Shown: in pieces, positions 29,679 through 39,067 of the stretch
How the letters are laid out: each line of letters starts with the position of its first letter
Numbering within the stretch: position 1 is the stretch's first letter
NCBI GenBank assembly: GCA_017481725.1
Contig: JAFUOX010000055.1
Coordinates: 7,443-71,442 of the forward strand
Reading direction: 5' to 3'
Length of the DNA stretch: 64,000 nucleotides
Source: Kiritimatiellia bacterium
Lineage (GTDB): Bacteria > Verrucomicrobiota > Kiritimatiellia > RFP12 > UBA3636
Program-made: the position numbers and the translations under genes
The notes under the pieces: model-generated
The model's database searches: none
Told to the model about the DNA's origin: nothing
Seen by the model: only the letters and a program-made list of their open reading frames with translations

Positions 29679-30875
29679 ATGAAAAAAACAACAGCTGTTA
29701 ATATGGTTATTGCTCAGAGTGGTGGCCCTTCAATGGTTATTAATCAAAGCCTTGTTGGTGCTGTGGTTACAGCCTTGAACCAAAAGAAAATTGGCAAGAT
29801 TTATGGTGCAGTACATGGAATTGATGGCATTTTAAATGAGAATTTCTTAGACATGCGTGCATATGATGAGGCAACTCTGCTTGGTGTAGCACAAACTCCA
29901 TCATCTGCTTTAGGAAGTGTTCGCAAAAAACCTACAGAGGAAGATTGTAAAAAAATATTTGAGGTACTTAAGAAATACGAGATTGGTTATTTTTTCTATA
30001 TAGGTGGAAATGATTCTGCTGAAACAGCATATATTGTTAGTGAGATGGCAAAAAAACACTCCTTCCCATTGAAGTGCTTTCATATTCCAAAGACAATTGA
30101 TAATGATCTAAGAGAGAATGATCACACACCAGGCTATGGTAGTGCAGCTCGCTATGTTGCTATGGCTTTTATGGGAGATAATCTTGATAATGTTGCTCTT
30201 GGAGGAGTAAAAATCAACATTGTTATGGGTAGGCACGCAGGCTTTCTCACCGCAGCATCTGCATTGGCTCGTCAGCACGATGATGATGGCCCTCATCTCG
30301 TTTATTTGCCAGAGGTGCCATTTTCAATGGATAAGTTTTTAAAGGATATAGCTGCTATGATGAAAAAGTTTGGTCGCTGTGTTGTGGCAGTGTCAGAGGG
30401 TATAGCAGATAAATCTGGCAAGCCAATAGCAACCTTGTTGGGTGGCACTGAGAAGGATTCTCATGGAAATGTTCAGCTTAGTGGCACAGGTGCTTTGGGT
30501 GATATGCTTGCTCGTGAGATTAAAGCAAAGCTTGGTATTAAGCGTGTTCGTGCAGATACATTTGGTTATATTCAGCGCTCTTTCCCGGGTGCTCCTTCGT
30601 ATCCTGATAGAGCAGATGCTTTTGCAGTAGGTGAGACTGCTGTTAAGCTTGCTGTTGGTGGAAGGTTTGATTGTGGCTCTATTGCGATTAAGCGCTTGGC
30701 TGGCAAAAAGTATAAAGCAAAGTATGAGTGCGTGCCTTTAAAGAGTGTGGCTGGAAAAACAAAGACAATGCCACGTAGCTTTATTAATCGAGCTGGAAAT
30801 AATGTGACACAAGCATTTATTGATTATGCTGCACCTTTAGTTGGCGAGTTGCCAAAGATGGAAAGACTAATCTAA
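29679..30875 (+). CDS. pfp: 6-phosphofructokinase, probably PPi-dependent
   Basis: AQSGGP, IGGNDS (Asp variant), PKTIDND, MGRHAG. Confidence 0.88.
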   Translation: MKKTTAVNMVIAQSGGPSMVINQSLVGAVVTALNQKKIGKIYGAVHGIDGILNENFLDMRAYDEATLLGVAQTPSSALGSVRKKPTEEDCKKIFEVLKKYEIGYFFYIGGNDSAETAYIVSEMAKKHSFPLKCFHIPKTIDNDLRENDHTPGYGSAARYVAMAFMGDNLDNVALGGVKINIVMGRHAGFLTAASALARQHDDDGPHLVYLPEVPFSMDKFLKDIAAMMKKFGRCVVAVSEGIADKSGKPIATLLGGTEKDSHGNVQLSGTGALGDMLAREIKAKLGIKRVRADTFGYIQRSFPGAPSYPDRADAFAVGETAVKLAVGGRFDCGSIAIKRLAGKKYKAKYECVPLKSVAGKTKTMPRSFINRAGNNVTQAFIDYAAPLVGELPKMERLI

Positions 30876-30901
30876 ATCTCATCTCAATTTAAATTTATAA
30901 A

Positions 30902-32731
30902 ATGGTGTCGCTATCAACAAAAGAATGTCTCGGCAAAAATGGCCGTTTGAGTGTTATATTGCCAGCCTATAATTTAGGCTCGTGCATATATGACAATATT
31001 CTTGCAGTTGCTAAAGAATTAAATGACATTCCTTTTGAGCTGGTGCCAGTTGATGATGGAAGCACTGATAATACAGCACTTGAAATAGAGCGTGCAATGT
31101 CAGCATTGCCAGATGGCGTAGTAGTTCCAGTAGTGCTTAAAAAGAATAAAGGCAAGGGTGCTGCTTTGACTGCCGGCTTGCGGGCTTCAAGTGGTTCGCA
31201 TATTATGCTTCTTGATGGCGATTTGGATTTGAACCCAAATCATGTTTGGGGCTTCTTTGATGTGATGAAAGAAGCCAATGCAGATGTGGTTATTGGCTCA
31301 AAGCTCCATAAGAAATCAAATATAAAATATCCTTTTCGTAGGCGCGTTGCAAGCTTTGTATATTATAGCTTGGTGCGTTTGTTAGTTAAGCTTCCTGTGC
31401 ATGACACGCAAACTGGAGCTAAACTTTTTAAGAGGGAAGCTCTACAATATGCCTTTGACCGTATGCTAGCAAAGCGCTTTGCTTTTGATTTTGAGGTTTT
31501 GACAATTCTTTATAACAAGGGGTATAAGATTGCAGAGGCTCCTGTTGAATTTGATTTTGGCGAGAAAATGGGGTGCTTGACGGCATCAAATGTAAAAAAT
31601 GTAATGCTCGACACTCTAGGCGTTTTCTATAGGCAAAGACTTTTGCATTATTATGATTCGGTAGAGGTTTGCCCAATGCCTAAACCAGTTCCAGGTGTTT
31701 CTATTATCATTGCTTGCCCAAATCATGCGTCGTGCTTAGATGAATGCATTGAAAAAATCTCTTTACAGGATTGGGGTCGTGAGCTTGAGGTAATTATTCT
31801 TCCAAATGAAGCTTTTCCTATGCCAAAAGAATATCCTGAATTTGTGAGAATTGTCCCAACAGGAAAAATTCGCCCTGCAGAGAAGCGTAATATTGGTATA
31901 AAAGAAGCTAAATACGAGCTTTTGGCTTTTGTCGATGATGATGCTGCACCTCTCGATGGTTGGTTGGAGCATGCTGTCCCATATTTTTCAGATGACACAG
32001 TTGTAGGTGTTGGAGGCCCTGCATTGACGCCTTCTACTGATAGCTTCCTTTCAGCAGCTGGTGGCAGGGTCTATGCAAATATTTTTGTTTCAGGAGGCTA
32101 TCGGAGACGTTATATTCCAACTCGAGTATGCAACGATGATGATTTGCCAAGCTGTAATTTGTTTGTGCGCAAAGCTGCGGTAGAGTCAGTTGGTGGTTAT
32201 GATGTCCGATATTGGCCCGGTGAGGATACTCAGCTATGCATGGCACTTACAGAAAACACAGGAAAGCGTATTGTATATGATCCGTGGGTTCAGGTTACCC
32301 ACCATAGACGTTCGTTGTTCTTGCCGCATTTGCGTCAGGTGTCTAGGTATGCACGTCATAGAGGACATTTTGCACGTCGAGGCTTCAGCACCTCTTTCCG
32401 CCTCTGCTATATGGTGCCAACAGCGTTTGTGATTGGTGTTTTGCTTGGAGGTATTGTTGTAACCATTGCAAATGCTTCGTGGCTAACATGGCTTTATATG
32501 ATTTGTTGCGGTGCGTATTTGTTTCTTACTCTAATTAGCTCTTTCTCATTAAATTTATTTATGTGGATTGTGACATGGTTAGGTGTTGTCGCCACACATT
32601 TTGCTTATGGTATTAATTTTGCCTATGGATGGTTTGCTCCAAGAATGGAAACAAAGGTGAAATCCTTTGATCATTTTGGAGATAAAGCACCATCGTCAAA
32701 TTCTTCAAATAATGATAGGAACAAAGACTAA
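30902..32731 (+). CDS. Tandem GT2-GT2 glycosyltransferase with C-terminal TM helices
   Basis: First DPM-synthase-like domain (PAYN, VDDGSTD, NKGKG, DGDL, DTQTGAK). Second GT2 (AFVDDD, GEDT). Hydrophobic C-terminus. Confidence 0.85.
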   Translation: MVSLSTKECLGKNGRLSVILPAYNLGSCIYDNILAVAKELNDIPFELVPVDDGSTDNTALEIERAMSALPDGVVVPVVLKKNKGKGAALTAGLRASSGSHIMLLDGDLDLNPNHVWGFFDVMKEANADVVIGSKLHKKSNIKYPFRRRVASFVYYSLVRLLVKLPVHDTQTGAKLFKREALQYAFDRMLAKRFAFDFEVLTILYNKGYKIAEAPVEFDFGEKMGCLTASNVKNVMLDTLGVFYRQRLLHYYDSVEVCPMPKPVPGVSIIIACPNHASCLDECIEKISLQDWGRELEVIILPNEAFPMPKEYPEFVRIVPTGKIRPAEKRNIGIKEAKYELLAFVDDDAAPLDGWLEHAVPYFSDDTVVGVGGPALTPSTDSFLSAAGGRVYANIFVSGGYRRRYIPTRVCNDDDLPSCNLFVRKAAVESVGGYDVRYWPGEDTQLCMALTENTGKRIVYDPWVQVTHHRRSLFLPHLRQVSRYARHRGHFARRGFSTSFRLCYMVPTAFVIGVLLGGIVVTIANASWLTWLYMICCGAYLFLTLISSFSLNLFMWIVTWLGVVATHFAYGINFAYGWFAPRMETKVKSFDHFGDKAPSSNSSNNDRNKD

Positions 32732-34188
32732 TGAAGCTACTAATCGGATATGTCCCATTGATTTCTGAAAAGGGTGTTCCTTTGCTATCACAGAATCGTC
32801 AATTCCAATGGTTTTCAAAACCAACCTATGTTTATCCTATGGTGCCGGCCTCTGCTGCAACACTGCTTAAAAGCTTAGGACATGATGTCTATTGGCTTGA
32901 TGGTATTGCAGAAAATCTTTCGGAAGAACAGTTTTTATCTCGTTATCTAGAGATTGGTGCAGATTTGTTTCTTTTAGAAACTAAGACACCTGTGATTAAG
33001 CAAACATGGGCTGCAATTGATAAGCTTAAAGAATTGGCTCCTTCTACACGTATAGTCATTTGTGGTGACCATGTTACAGCAATGCCGGAGGAGACACTTA
33101 AAAATTGTAAAGTTGATTATGTGCTTTTAGGTGGCGATTATGATTTCTCTTTGAGAGCATTGGTTGATTCTATTGAAGTTGGGGCTATGCCTCCAAGTGG
33201 CTTTATGTGGCATGGTGCTGATGGAGAAATTTGTGGAGAAAAGTCCTTTTGTATTGCTAATAATGATTTAAATACCCTGCCACTAATTGATAGAGAGCTA
33301 ACAAAATGGGAGCTTTATAGCAAGGAAAATGGTAACTTTCGTTATACTCCAGGCACTTATACAATGGTAGGTCGCGATTGCTGGTGGGGTAAATGTAAAT
33401 TTTGCTCATGGACTACAATTTATCCAGAATGGCGCACACGTACCCCACAAAGTCTCCTTGATGAAATAGGGGAGATTATTGAAAAATATTATGTAAAGGA
33501 AATTTTTGATGATACTGGATGTTTTCCTGCGGGTGCATGGCTAAGGGAATTTTGTGAGGGGATGATTTCTCGCGGCTACAATAAAAAGGTAATTCTTGGT
33601 TGCAATATGATACCTGGTGCCGTAGATTTTGAGCTTTATAAGCTTATGGCAAAGGCAGGCTTCAGGTTTGTGCTTTTTGGATTGGAATCCGCATCAGAAG
33701 CAACTCTTGATCGTATTCGCAAATGTCCTAAGGCTAAGGCCATCGAAGAGTCTATGGCGATGGCTCACAAAGCAGGCTTGCGCCCTCATGTGACTTGTAT
33801 GGTTGGTTATCCATGGGAAACGCTTGAGGAGGCAAAGCAAACTATTGCAATGACAAAGCGCATGTTTGATAATGGTAGTATTGATACTCTTCAAGGAACA
33901 ATTGTTATGCCTTATCCTGGCACTCCTCTGTTTAGAGAATGTGAAGAAAATGGATGGCTTAAAACTCGTGATTGGGAACGCTATGATATGCGTGAACCAA
34001 TTATGAAGTGTGAAATACCGGATGAAGAGCTATTTTCTTTAATCCGCGGACTTTATACCTCATTTATTTCTCCAAAATTTATTTGGCGACAGCTAGTTTC
34101 TATAAGAAATTGGCGGGATTTTGTATTTCTTTGGCGTGCAGGCCTTAGAGTATTAGGGCATTTACTTGACTTTAAGTCAAAAAAATAG
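32731..34188 (+). CDS. B12-binding domain radical SAM protein
   Basis: N-terminal B12 domain (CGDHVTA), CWWGKCKFC, FGLES, VGYPWET, PYPGTPLF. TAATG coupling to the GT. Confidence 0.88.
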   Translation: MKLLIGYVPLISEKGVPLLSQNRQFQWFSKPTYVYPMVPASAATLLKSLGHDVYWLDGIAENLSEEQFLSRYLEIGADLFLLETKTPVIKQTWAAIDKLKELAPSTRIVICGDHVTAMPEETLKNCKVDYVLLGGDYDFSLRALVDSIEVGAMPPSGFMWHGADGEICGEKSFCIANNDLNTLPLIDRELTKWELYSKENGNFRYTPGTYTMVGRDCWWGKCKFCSWTTIYPEWRTRTPQSLLDEIGEIIEKYYVKEIFDDTGCFPAGAWLREFCEGMISRGYNKKVILGCNMIPGAVDFELYKLMAKAGFRFVLFGLESASEATLDRIRKCPKAKAIEESMAMAHKAGLRPHVTCMVGYPWETLEEAKQTIAMTKRMFDNGSIDTLQGTIVMPYPGTPLFRECEENGWLKTRDWERYDMREPIMKCEIPDEELFSLIRGLYTSFISPKFIWRQLVSIRNWRDFVFLWRAGLRVLGHLLDFKSKK

Positions 34189-34279
34189 CAAAATATTGGT
34201 TGTAAATATTTGTTTTAGTGATTTGGATTATATTGATTTATAGAAAAAGTATCCAAATTGATAAAAAAAAGGATAAAAA

Positions 34280-34750
34280 GTGAACGAAGAAGTTAAAGAG
34301 CTACCAGAGATACTTGAAAATACAATTTTCATTCCTGCTCTAAAGGCGACAACAAAAGAGGATGTGTTAGCTGAGCTTTCAGATACATTAGTTGAGCGTG
34401 GAGCAATTTCTAAAGAAGCCCGCAATTCTATTTGTGCAGCCTTGAAGGAACGTGAAGAAAAAATGTCAACAGGTATGCAATATGGAATAGCAATACCTCA
34501 TGCAAAGTCAGATCTTGTATCCAGCTTAATTACGATGATTGCAATCTCTCCTAATGGAGTTGATTTTGATTCTTTGGATGGCGATTTATCTACTATTTTC
34601 GTTGCCACATTAAGTCCTACTGCCGATACAAATTCGCATATCAAGTTTTTGGCAGAGGTTAGTAGAAATCTCTCTAGCAAGAAGATCCGTGAAATGCTTT
34701 TGTCAGCAAAAAATCTTCAAGAGATGAAAGCTGCAATCTGTGGTGAATAA
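34280..34750 (+). CDS. PTS EIIA component (fructose/mannitol/Ntr family)
   Basis: REEKMSTG, GIAIPHAK phospho-His, GVDFDSLDG. Confidence 0.9.
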   Translation: MNEEVKELPEILENTIFIPALKATTKEDVLAELSDTLVERGAISKEARNSICAALKEREEKMSTGMQYGIAIPHAKSDLVSSLITMIAISPNGVDFDSLDGDLSTIFVATLSPTADTNSHIKFLAEVSRNLSSKKIREMLLSAKNLQEMKAAICGE

Positions 34751-34894
34751 CAAAAAAAACGTGGGCAGTTTGTTCACACTTTTTTCACTTTTACAAAATG
34801 CAAAAAAATATTAAAGTTATAGTTGATTATTTGTCAAAAAAGGCTTACAATACCGAGCCAATTTTTTAAGCAAGTAAAGGAGAAAAAACATAAT

Positions 34895-35968
34895 ATGAAA
34901 AATGTATTATTTATTATATTGTGCTTAATATCTGTAATTTCATTAGCAGAAACAAAGTTTGATTCACTTTCTTATTGGACAAACTTTGATGATGAAGATG
35001 TAAAGGACGATTTCGTTCCTTGTAGTGTTGCTGAAGACAAGTATCCTGGTCCATCAACAAATGCTAGACATTCTTTTGAGGACGGAGTTTTATTGATGGA
35101 GTCTGCTTACGATAAGAAGGTTGCTGTTGCTCTTATTGAGGGTGGTGCTCAGTCAGAAGAAGAGGTACTCATTCAACACGTTCATGAGATGGTAGATGGT
35201 AAGGAAGTAGAAAAATCTATCATAGGTAAACCATTTGGAGTTTATACAAATACAGTTATCCAAATGAGCTATGAGCTTACAATACCTAATACATATCTAC
35301 ATACGAATCATTTGGTTTATGTTGTGTCAAGAAAAGGTTCTTCTGTTGAAAATCCTTTGGCAAAAGATCAGTATGATGGACCACATAGTTATCGTGTTCC
35401 ATTCTATAGAGCACAATATAATGGAAAAACATTATCTATTTGTGAATACACATTTTTTAATTATGCAGATAACCCAGCATTTGAAGGGAATGTCCGTGTT
35501 TTAGCTAGTGCACCTGCGACTACAGAAACCGCTGATGGTACATATACAATTAAGTTTACTACAATGGGTGGCTATGATGGTGATAACAATGGTATAGGTG
35601 GTCAGCCTTGCAATCTATATGCAGAGCTACGTTATGCAGGTAAATTGATAGCAAAGGTTTCTGCTGTTGATTATCCATTCAATTGGAATAGTGGACCAGA
35701 AGTTTCTGGTGACTATGTTCCACAGTTTGATCCAACAGGTGATTCAGGAACTTATCCAATTTGGACTCATGCAGGAGGAGAGTGGGAGAGAAGAACTGCA
35801 CGTGATGTTCAACACCCTAATACAGATATTCGCATTCCAGGATGGACAACAATCGGTATTATTCCTATAACAAAAATTGGCGGAACAAAGCATGGTATTA
35901 AGGTTACAAACTTCTCTGTTTCTAACATTGACAGAAGTGCCTTTGAGAATGTCCTGATTATCCGTTAG
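34895..35968 (+). CDS. Secreted hypothetical protein ending in -VLIIR
   Basis: AAGGAG RBS before ATG 34895, signal peptide MKNVLFIILCLISVISLA. Confidence 0.65.
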   Translation: MKNVLFIILCLISVISLAETKFDSLSYWTNFDDEDVKDDFVPCSVAEDKYPGPSTNARHSFEDGVLLMESAYDKKVAVALIEGGAQSEEEVLIQHVHEMVDGKEVEKSIIGKPFGVYTNTVIQMSYELTIPNTYLHTNHLVYVVSRKGSSVENPLAKDQYDGPHSYRVPFYRAQYNGKTLSICEYTFFNYADNPAFEGNVRVLASAPATTETADGTYTIKFTTMGGYDGDNNGIGGQPCNLYAELRYAGKLIAKVSAVDYPFNWNSGPEVSGDYVPQFDPTGDSGTYPIWTHAGGEWERRTARDVQHPNTDIRIPGWTTIGIIPITKIGGTKHGIKVTNFSVSNIDRSAFENVLIIR

Positions 35969-35999
35969 TTTTGATTAAGACAACAGTTTTATGAGTTGG

Positions 36000-36038
36000 T
36001 GAGCATCCTTTATAAAGAGGGTGCTCATTTCTTTTTTT
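36000..36038 (+). terminator. Intrinsic terminator
   Basis: TGAGCATCCT...AGGGTGCTCA followed by a T tract. Confidence 0.8.
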
Positions 36039-36134
36039 CTGGTGGCGTGATGGATAGCTGAAAGATAGATTTTGGCTTTTGTTGTCGTTTTTTATTAAAT
36101 ATAAATTTAATGATTTGATATGTTATATTTTCTT

Positions 36135-36163
36135 TTGCATTGAAGGTCTAATTATCATATAAT
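36135..36163 (+). promoter_or_regulatory. Sigma70 promoter, copy 1 (duplicate of the rpiB-glyA promoter)
   Basis: TTGCAT-17-TATAAT, homologous to 37245-37273. Confidence 0.7.
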
Positions 36164-36245
36164 TAGAGCGTGCTTTTTTAAGAATTTCGCTTGATATTAT
36201 AAGTGAAAGAATAATGTTATACAAAATACTTGAAAGGTAAGTAAA

Positions 36246-36389
36246 ATGATTATCGCAATTGGTTCAGATCATGGTAGATTTGTTCAGAAGGAAGCAGTAA
36301 AGAAATTGCTTGAAGCAAAAGGATATGAGGTTGTAGATTTTGGTTGTTATAGGCATGAAGAATTTAGGTGCATCACGTGTGCTAGTTAA
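36246..36389 (+). pseudogene. rpiB: Truncated duplicate of the rpiB 5' end (47 codons)
   Basis: [35 protein letters not shown] then diverges. 36291-36352 is identical to 37392-37453 (62 bp). Confidence 0.88.
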
Positions 36390-36451
36390 GTAATCAAGAC
36401 CAGAAGAAAAGTAGACGATATTTGAATTAAAAAGATATTAGGGGTGAGTTT

Positions 36452-37090
36452 ATGTCAGAGATGCGAGAAAAATTGCATACCACAGAGCTGTATTTCCCAG
36501 AGGACGAGGAGATAATGGCGGAGCAGCTTCAATGTCTTGATAGGCTTTATGATTATAATCAGACGCGACCCACTCAGTTGGGGAAAAGAGTTGAGATGCT
36601 CAAGGAAATGTTTGCGGAAATCGGGGAAGGAAGCTACATTGAGCCACCTTTACATGCTAATTGGGGCGGTAAATTTGTTCATTTTGGCAGAAATGTTTAT
36701 GCTAATTTTAATTTAACACTTGTGGATGATACGCATATTTTTGTTGGTGATTGTACATTGTTAGGACCCAATGTGGTGTTAGCGACGGCAGGTCATCCAT
36801 TGGTGCCGGAGCTTCGTGAAAAGGCATATCAATTTAATGCACCAATACGGATTGGACGCAACTGTTGGTTGGGGGCAGGAGTTATTGTGTTACCAGGAAT
36901 GACGATTGGAGACAATGTTGTTGTGGGAGCCGGTGCCGTTGTAACAAAGGATTTGCCAGATGGAGTTGTTGCGGTAGGTAATCCTTGTCGCATTTTGCGT
37001 GAGATTGGGCAACAAGATAGAGAAACCTATTTTAAGGGGCGTAAGATAGACGAATCTGTATTTGAGAAGGCAAAATCGATTCAGCGATAG
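36452..37090 (+). CDS. maa: Maltose/galactoside O-acetyltransferase (hexapeptide repeat)
   Basis: IEPPLHANWG, NFNLTLVD, TAGHP, PIRIGRNCWLG, VGAGAVVTKD, VGNPCR. Confidence 0.9.
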   Translation: MSEMREKLHTTELYFPEDEEIMAEQLQCLDRLYDYNQTRPTQLGKRVEMLKEMFAEIGEGSYIEPPLHANWGGKFVHFGRNVYANFNLTLVDDTHIFVGDCTLLGPNVVLATAGHPLVPELREKAYQFNAPIRIGRNCWLGAGVIVLPGMTIGDNVVVGAGAVVTKDLPDGVVAVGNPCRILREIGQQDRETYFKGRKIDESVFEKAKSIQR

Positions 37091-37244
37091 GGTAATAATG
37101 CAGGTATATGGCAGCCTACGAATAGTGAGGGGTAAACCGTAGTGTTAACTCCAGTATATTTGGAAAAATGAGCTGTATTTGTGTTTTTACTGGCGAATAT
37201 AATGATAATTATGTTGGATAAGGCTCAATAGGTAACATTTTCCT

Positions 37245-37273
37245 TTGCATTGGGATGCTAATTATTATATAAT
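37245..37273 (+). promoter_or_regulatory. Sigma70 promoter of rpiB-glyA, copy 2
   Basis: TTGCAT-17-TATAAT. Confidence 0.7.
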
Positions 37274-37346
37274 TAAAGCGTGTTTTTTATTAGCATTTGC
37301 CCTATATTGTTAGGGCAGATATTTGTAATTGAGTGAAAGGTATTTT

Positions 37347-39017
37347 ATGAAAATAGCAGTTGGTTCAGACCATGGTGGATATGCACAAAAAGAAGCAGTA
37401 AAGAAATTGCTTGAAGCAAAAGGATATGAGGTTGTAGATTTTGGTTGTTATAGTGCAGAATCATGCGATTATCCTATTTATGCGGATAAGGTTGCTGGTG
37501 CAGTTGAGACAGACAAGGTAGATTGTGGTGTATTAGTTTGTACCTCTGGCATAGGTATGTCAATTGCAGCAAACCGCTATCCTCATGTACGAGCAGCACT
37601 TTGTGCAGATGCAAATCTTGCAAAGATGTCCCGTGAGCATAATGCTGCCAATGTGCTTGTTCTTTCAAGCACAGCTCCTGCTGCAGAAATTATTGATGCG
37701 TGGTTTGAAACACCAGTAGCAAGTGCAGAACGTCATGTTCGCCGTGTAGCAGAGACTGCAACAGTAGGTAATCGTATTACAGAGGTTTCTTTCCTTAAGG
37801 ACTATGATCGTGATGTCTATGATTCAATTATGAAGCACGAGGCACAGGAGGCTGCTTGCGTAAATCTTATCGCTTCTGAAAATTTGACCTCACGTGCAGT
37901 TCGTGCTGCTCAGGGCTCTGTGCTAACAAACAAGTATGCAGAGGGCTATCCTGGTAAGCGCTGGTACAGTGGCTGCAAGTACGTTGATGAGGTTGAGACA
38001 ATGGCTATTGAGCGCGCAAAGGAGCTATTTGGTGCTGAGGCAGCAAATGTTCAGCCTCACTGTGGCTCTTCTGCAAATATGGCAGTTTATTTGGCAGTGC
38101 TAAATCCAGGTGATACAATTATGTCAATGAGTTTGGATCAGGGTGGACACCTTTCTCATGGTTCTCCTGTAAACTTCTCTGGTAGATTGTACAACATTGT
38201 TCCTTACACAGTAAATCCAGAAACAGAGGTTCTTGATTATGATCAGCTTGAGGAGCAGGCAATGCAGGTTAAGCCAAAGCTAATCGTTGCTGGTGCTAGT
38301 GCATATCCTCGCCGCATAGATTTTGCTCGCTGGCGCAAGATTGCTGATGCTTGCGGAGCAATGCTTCTTGTAGATATGGCTCATATTGCTGGCCTAGTTG
38401 CTGGTGGTTCACATGAGAGCCCAGTTCCTTATGCAGAGTTTGTGACAACAACAACTCATAAGACACTTCGTGGCCCTCGCAGTGGTCTTGTTCTATGCCG
38501 CAAGGAGTTTGAGGCTGCAATTAATAAGGCAGTTTTCCCTGGTATGCAGGGCGGTCCTCTAATGCAGGTTACAGCAGCAAAGGCTATTTGCTTCAAGGAG
38601 GCAATGAGCCAAGAGTTTAAGGATTATGCTCATCAGATTGTTAAGAATTGTAAGACACTTGCTGATGTTATCATGAAGCGTGGCTTCCGCCTAGTTTCTG
38701 GTGGCACAGATAACCACCTACTTCTAGTTGACGTAGCAGCAGCTGGTTTAACAGGTAAGGTTGCAGCAGCTGCCCTCGATGAGACTGGTATTATCGTGAA
38801 TAAGAATACAATTCCATTCGATAAGAACAGCCCATTCGTCACATCTGGTATTCGTATCGGTACAGCAACAGCTGCAACTCGTGGCATGAAGGAAGCAGAT
38901 ATGGAATTTATCGGCGACAAGATTTGCACCGTTCTTGAGAATATCGACGATGTTGAGCTACGCACAAAGATTCGTGCTGAGGTTGCTGAGTTCGCATCTA
39001 AGTTTATGGTTCCATAA
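37347..39017 (+). CDS. glyA: RpiB - serine hydroxymethyltransferase fusion
   Basis: N-terminal GSDHGG, DYP, CTSGIG, REHNAAN, RHVRRV. Then [32 protein letters not shown] (PLP Lys), PGMQGGP, all in one frame. Confidence 0.95.
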   Translation: MKIAVGSDHGGYAQKEAVKKLLEAKGYEVVDFGCYSAESCDYPIYADKVAGAVETDKVDCGVLVCTSGIGMSIAANRYPHVRAALCADANLAKMSREHNAANVLVLSSTAPAAEIIDAWFETPVASAERHVRRVAETATVGNRITEVSFLKDYDRDVYDSIMKHEAQEAACVNLIASENLTSRAVRAAQGSVLTNKYAEGYPGKRWYSGCKYVDEVETMAIERAKELFGAEAANVQPHCGSSANMAVYLAVLNPGDTIMSMSLDQGGHLSHGSPVNFSGRLYNIVPYTVNPETEVLDYDQLEEQAMQVKPKLIVAGASAYPRRIDFARWRKIADACGAMLLVDMAHIAGLVAGGSHESPVPYAEFVTTTTHKTLRGPRSGLVLCRKEFEAAINKAVFPGMQGGPLMQVTAAKAICFKEAMSQEFKDYAHQIVKNCKTLADVIMKRGFRLVSGGTDNHLLLVDVAAAGLTGKVAAAALDETGIIVNKNTIPFDKNSPFVTSGIRIGTATAATRGMKEADMEFIGDKICTVLENIDDVELRTKIRAEVAEFASKFMVP

Positions 39018-39067
39018 TTCTTTCAATTAGGTGCTACTGTTAGGTGTTAAAATTGGAATTTGACAAA

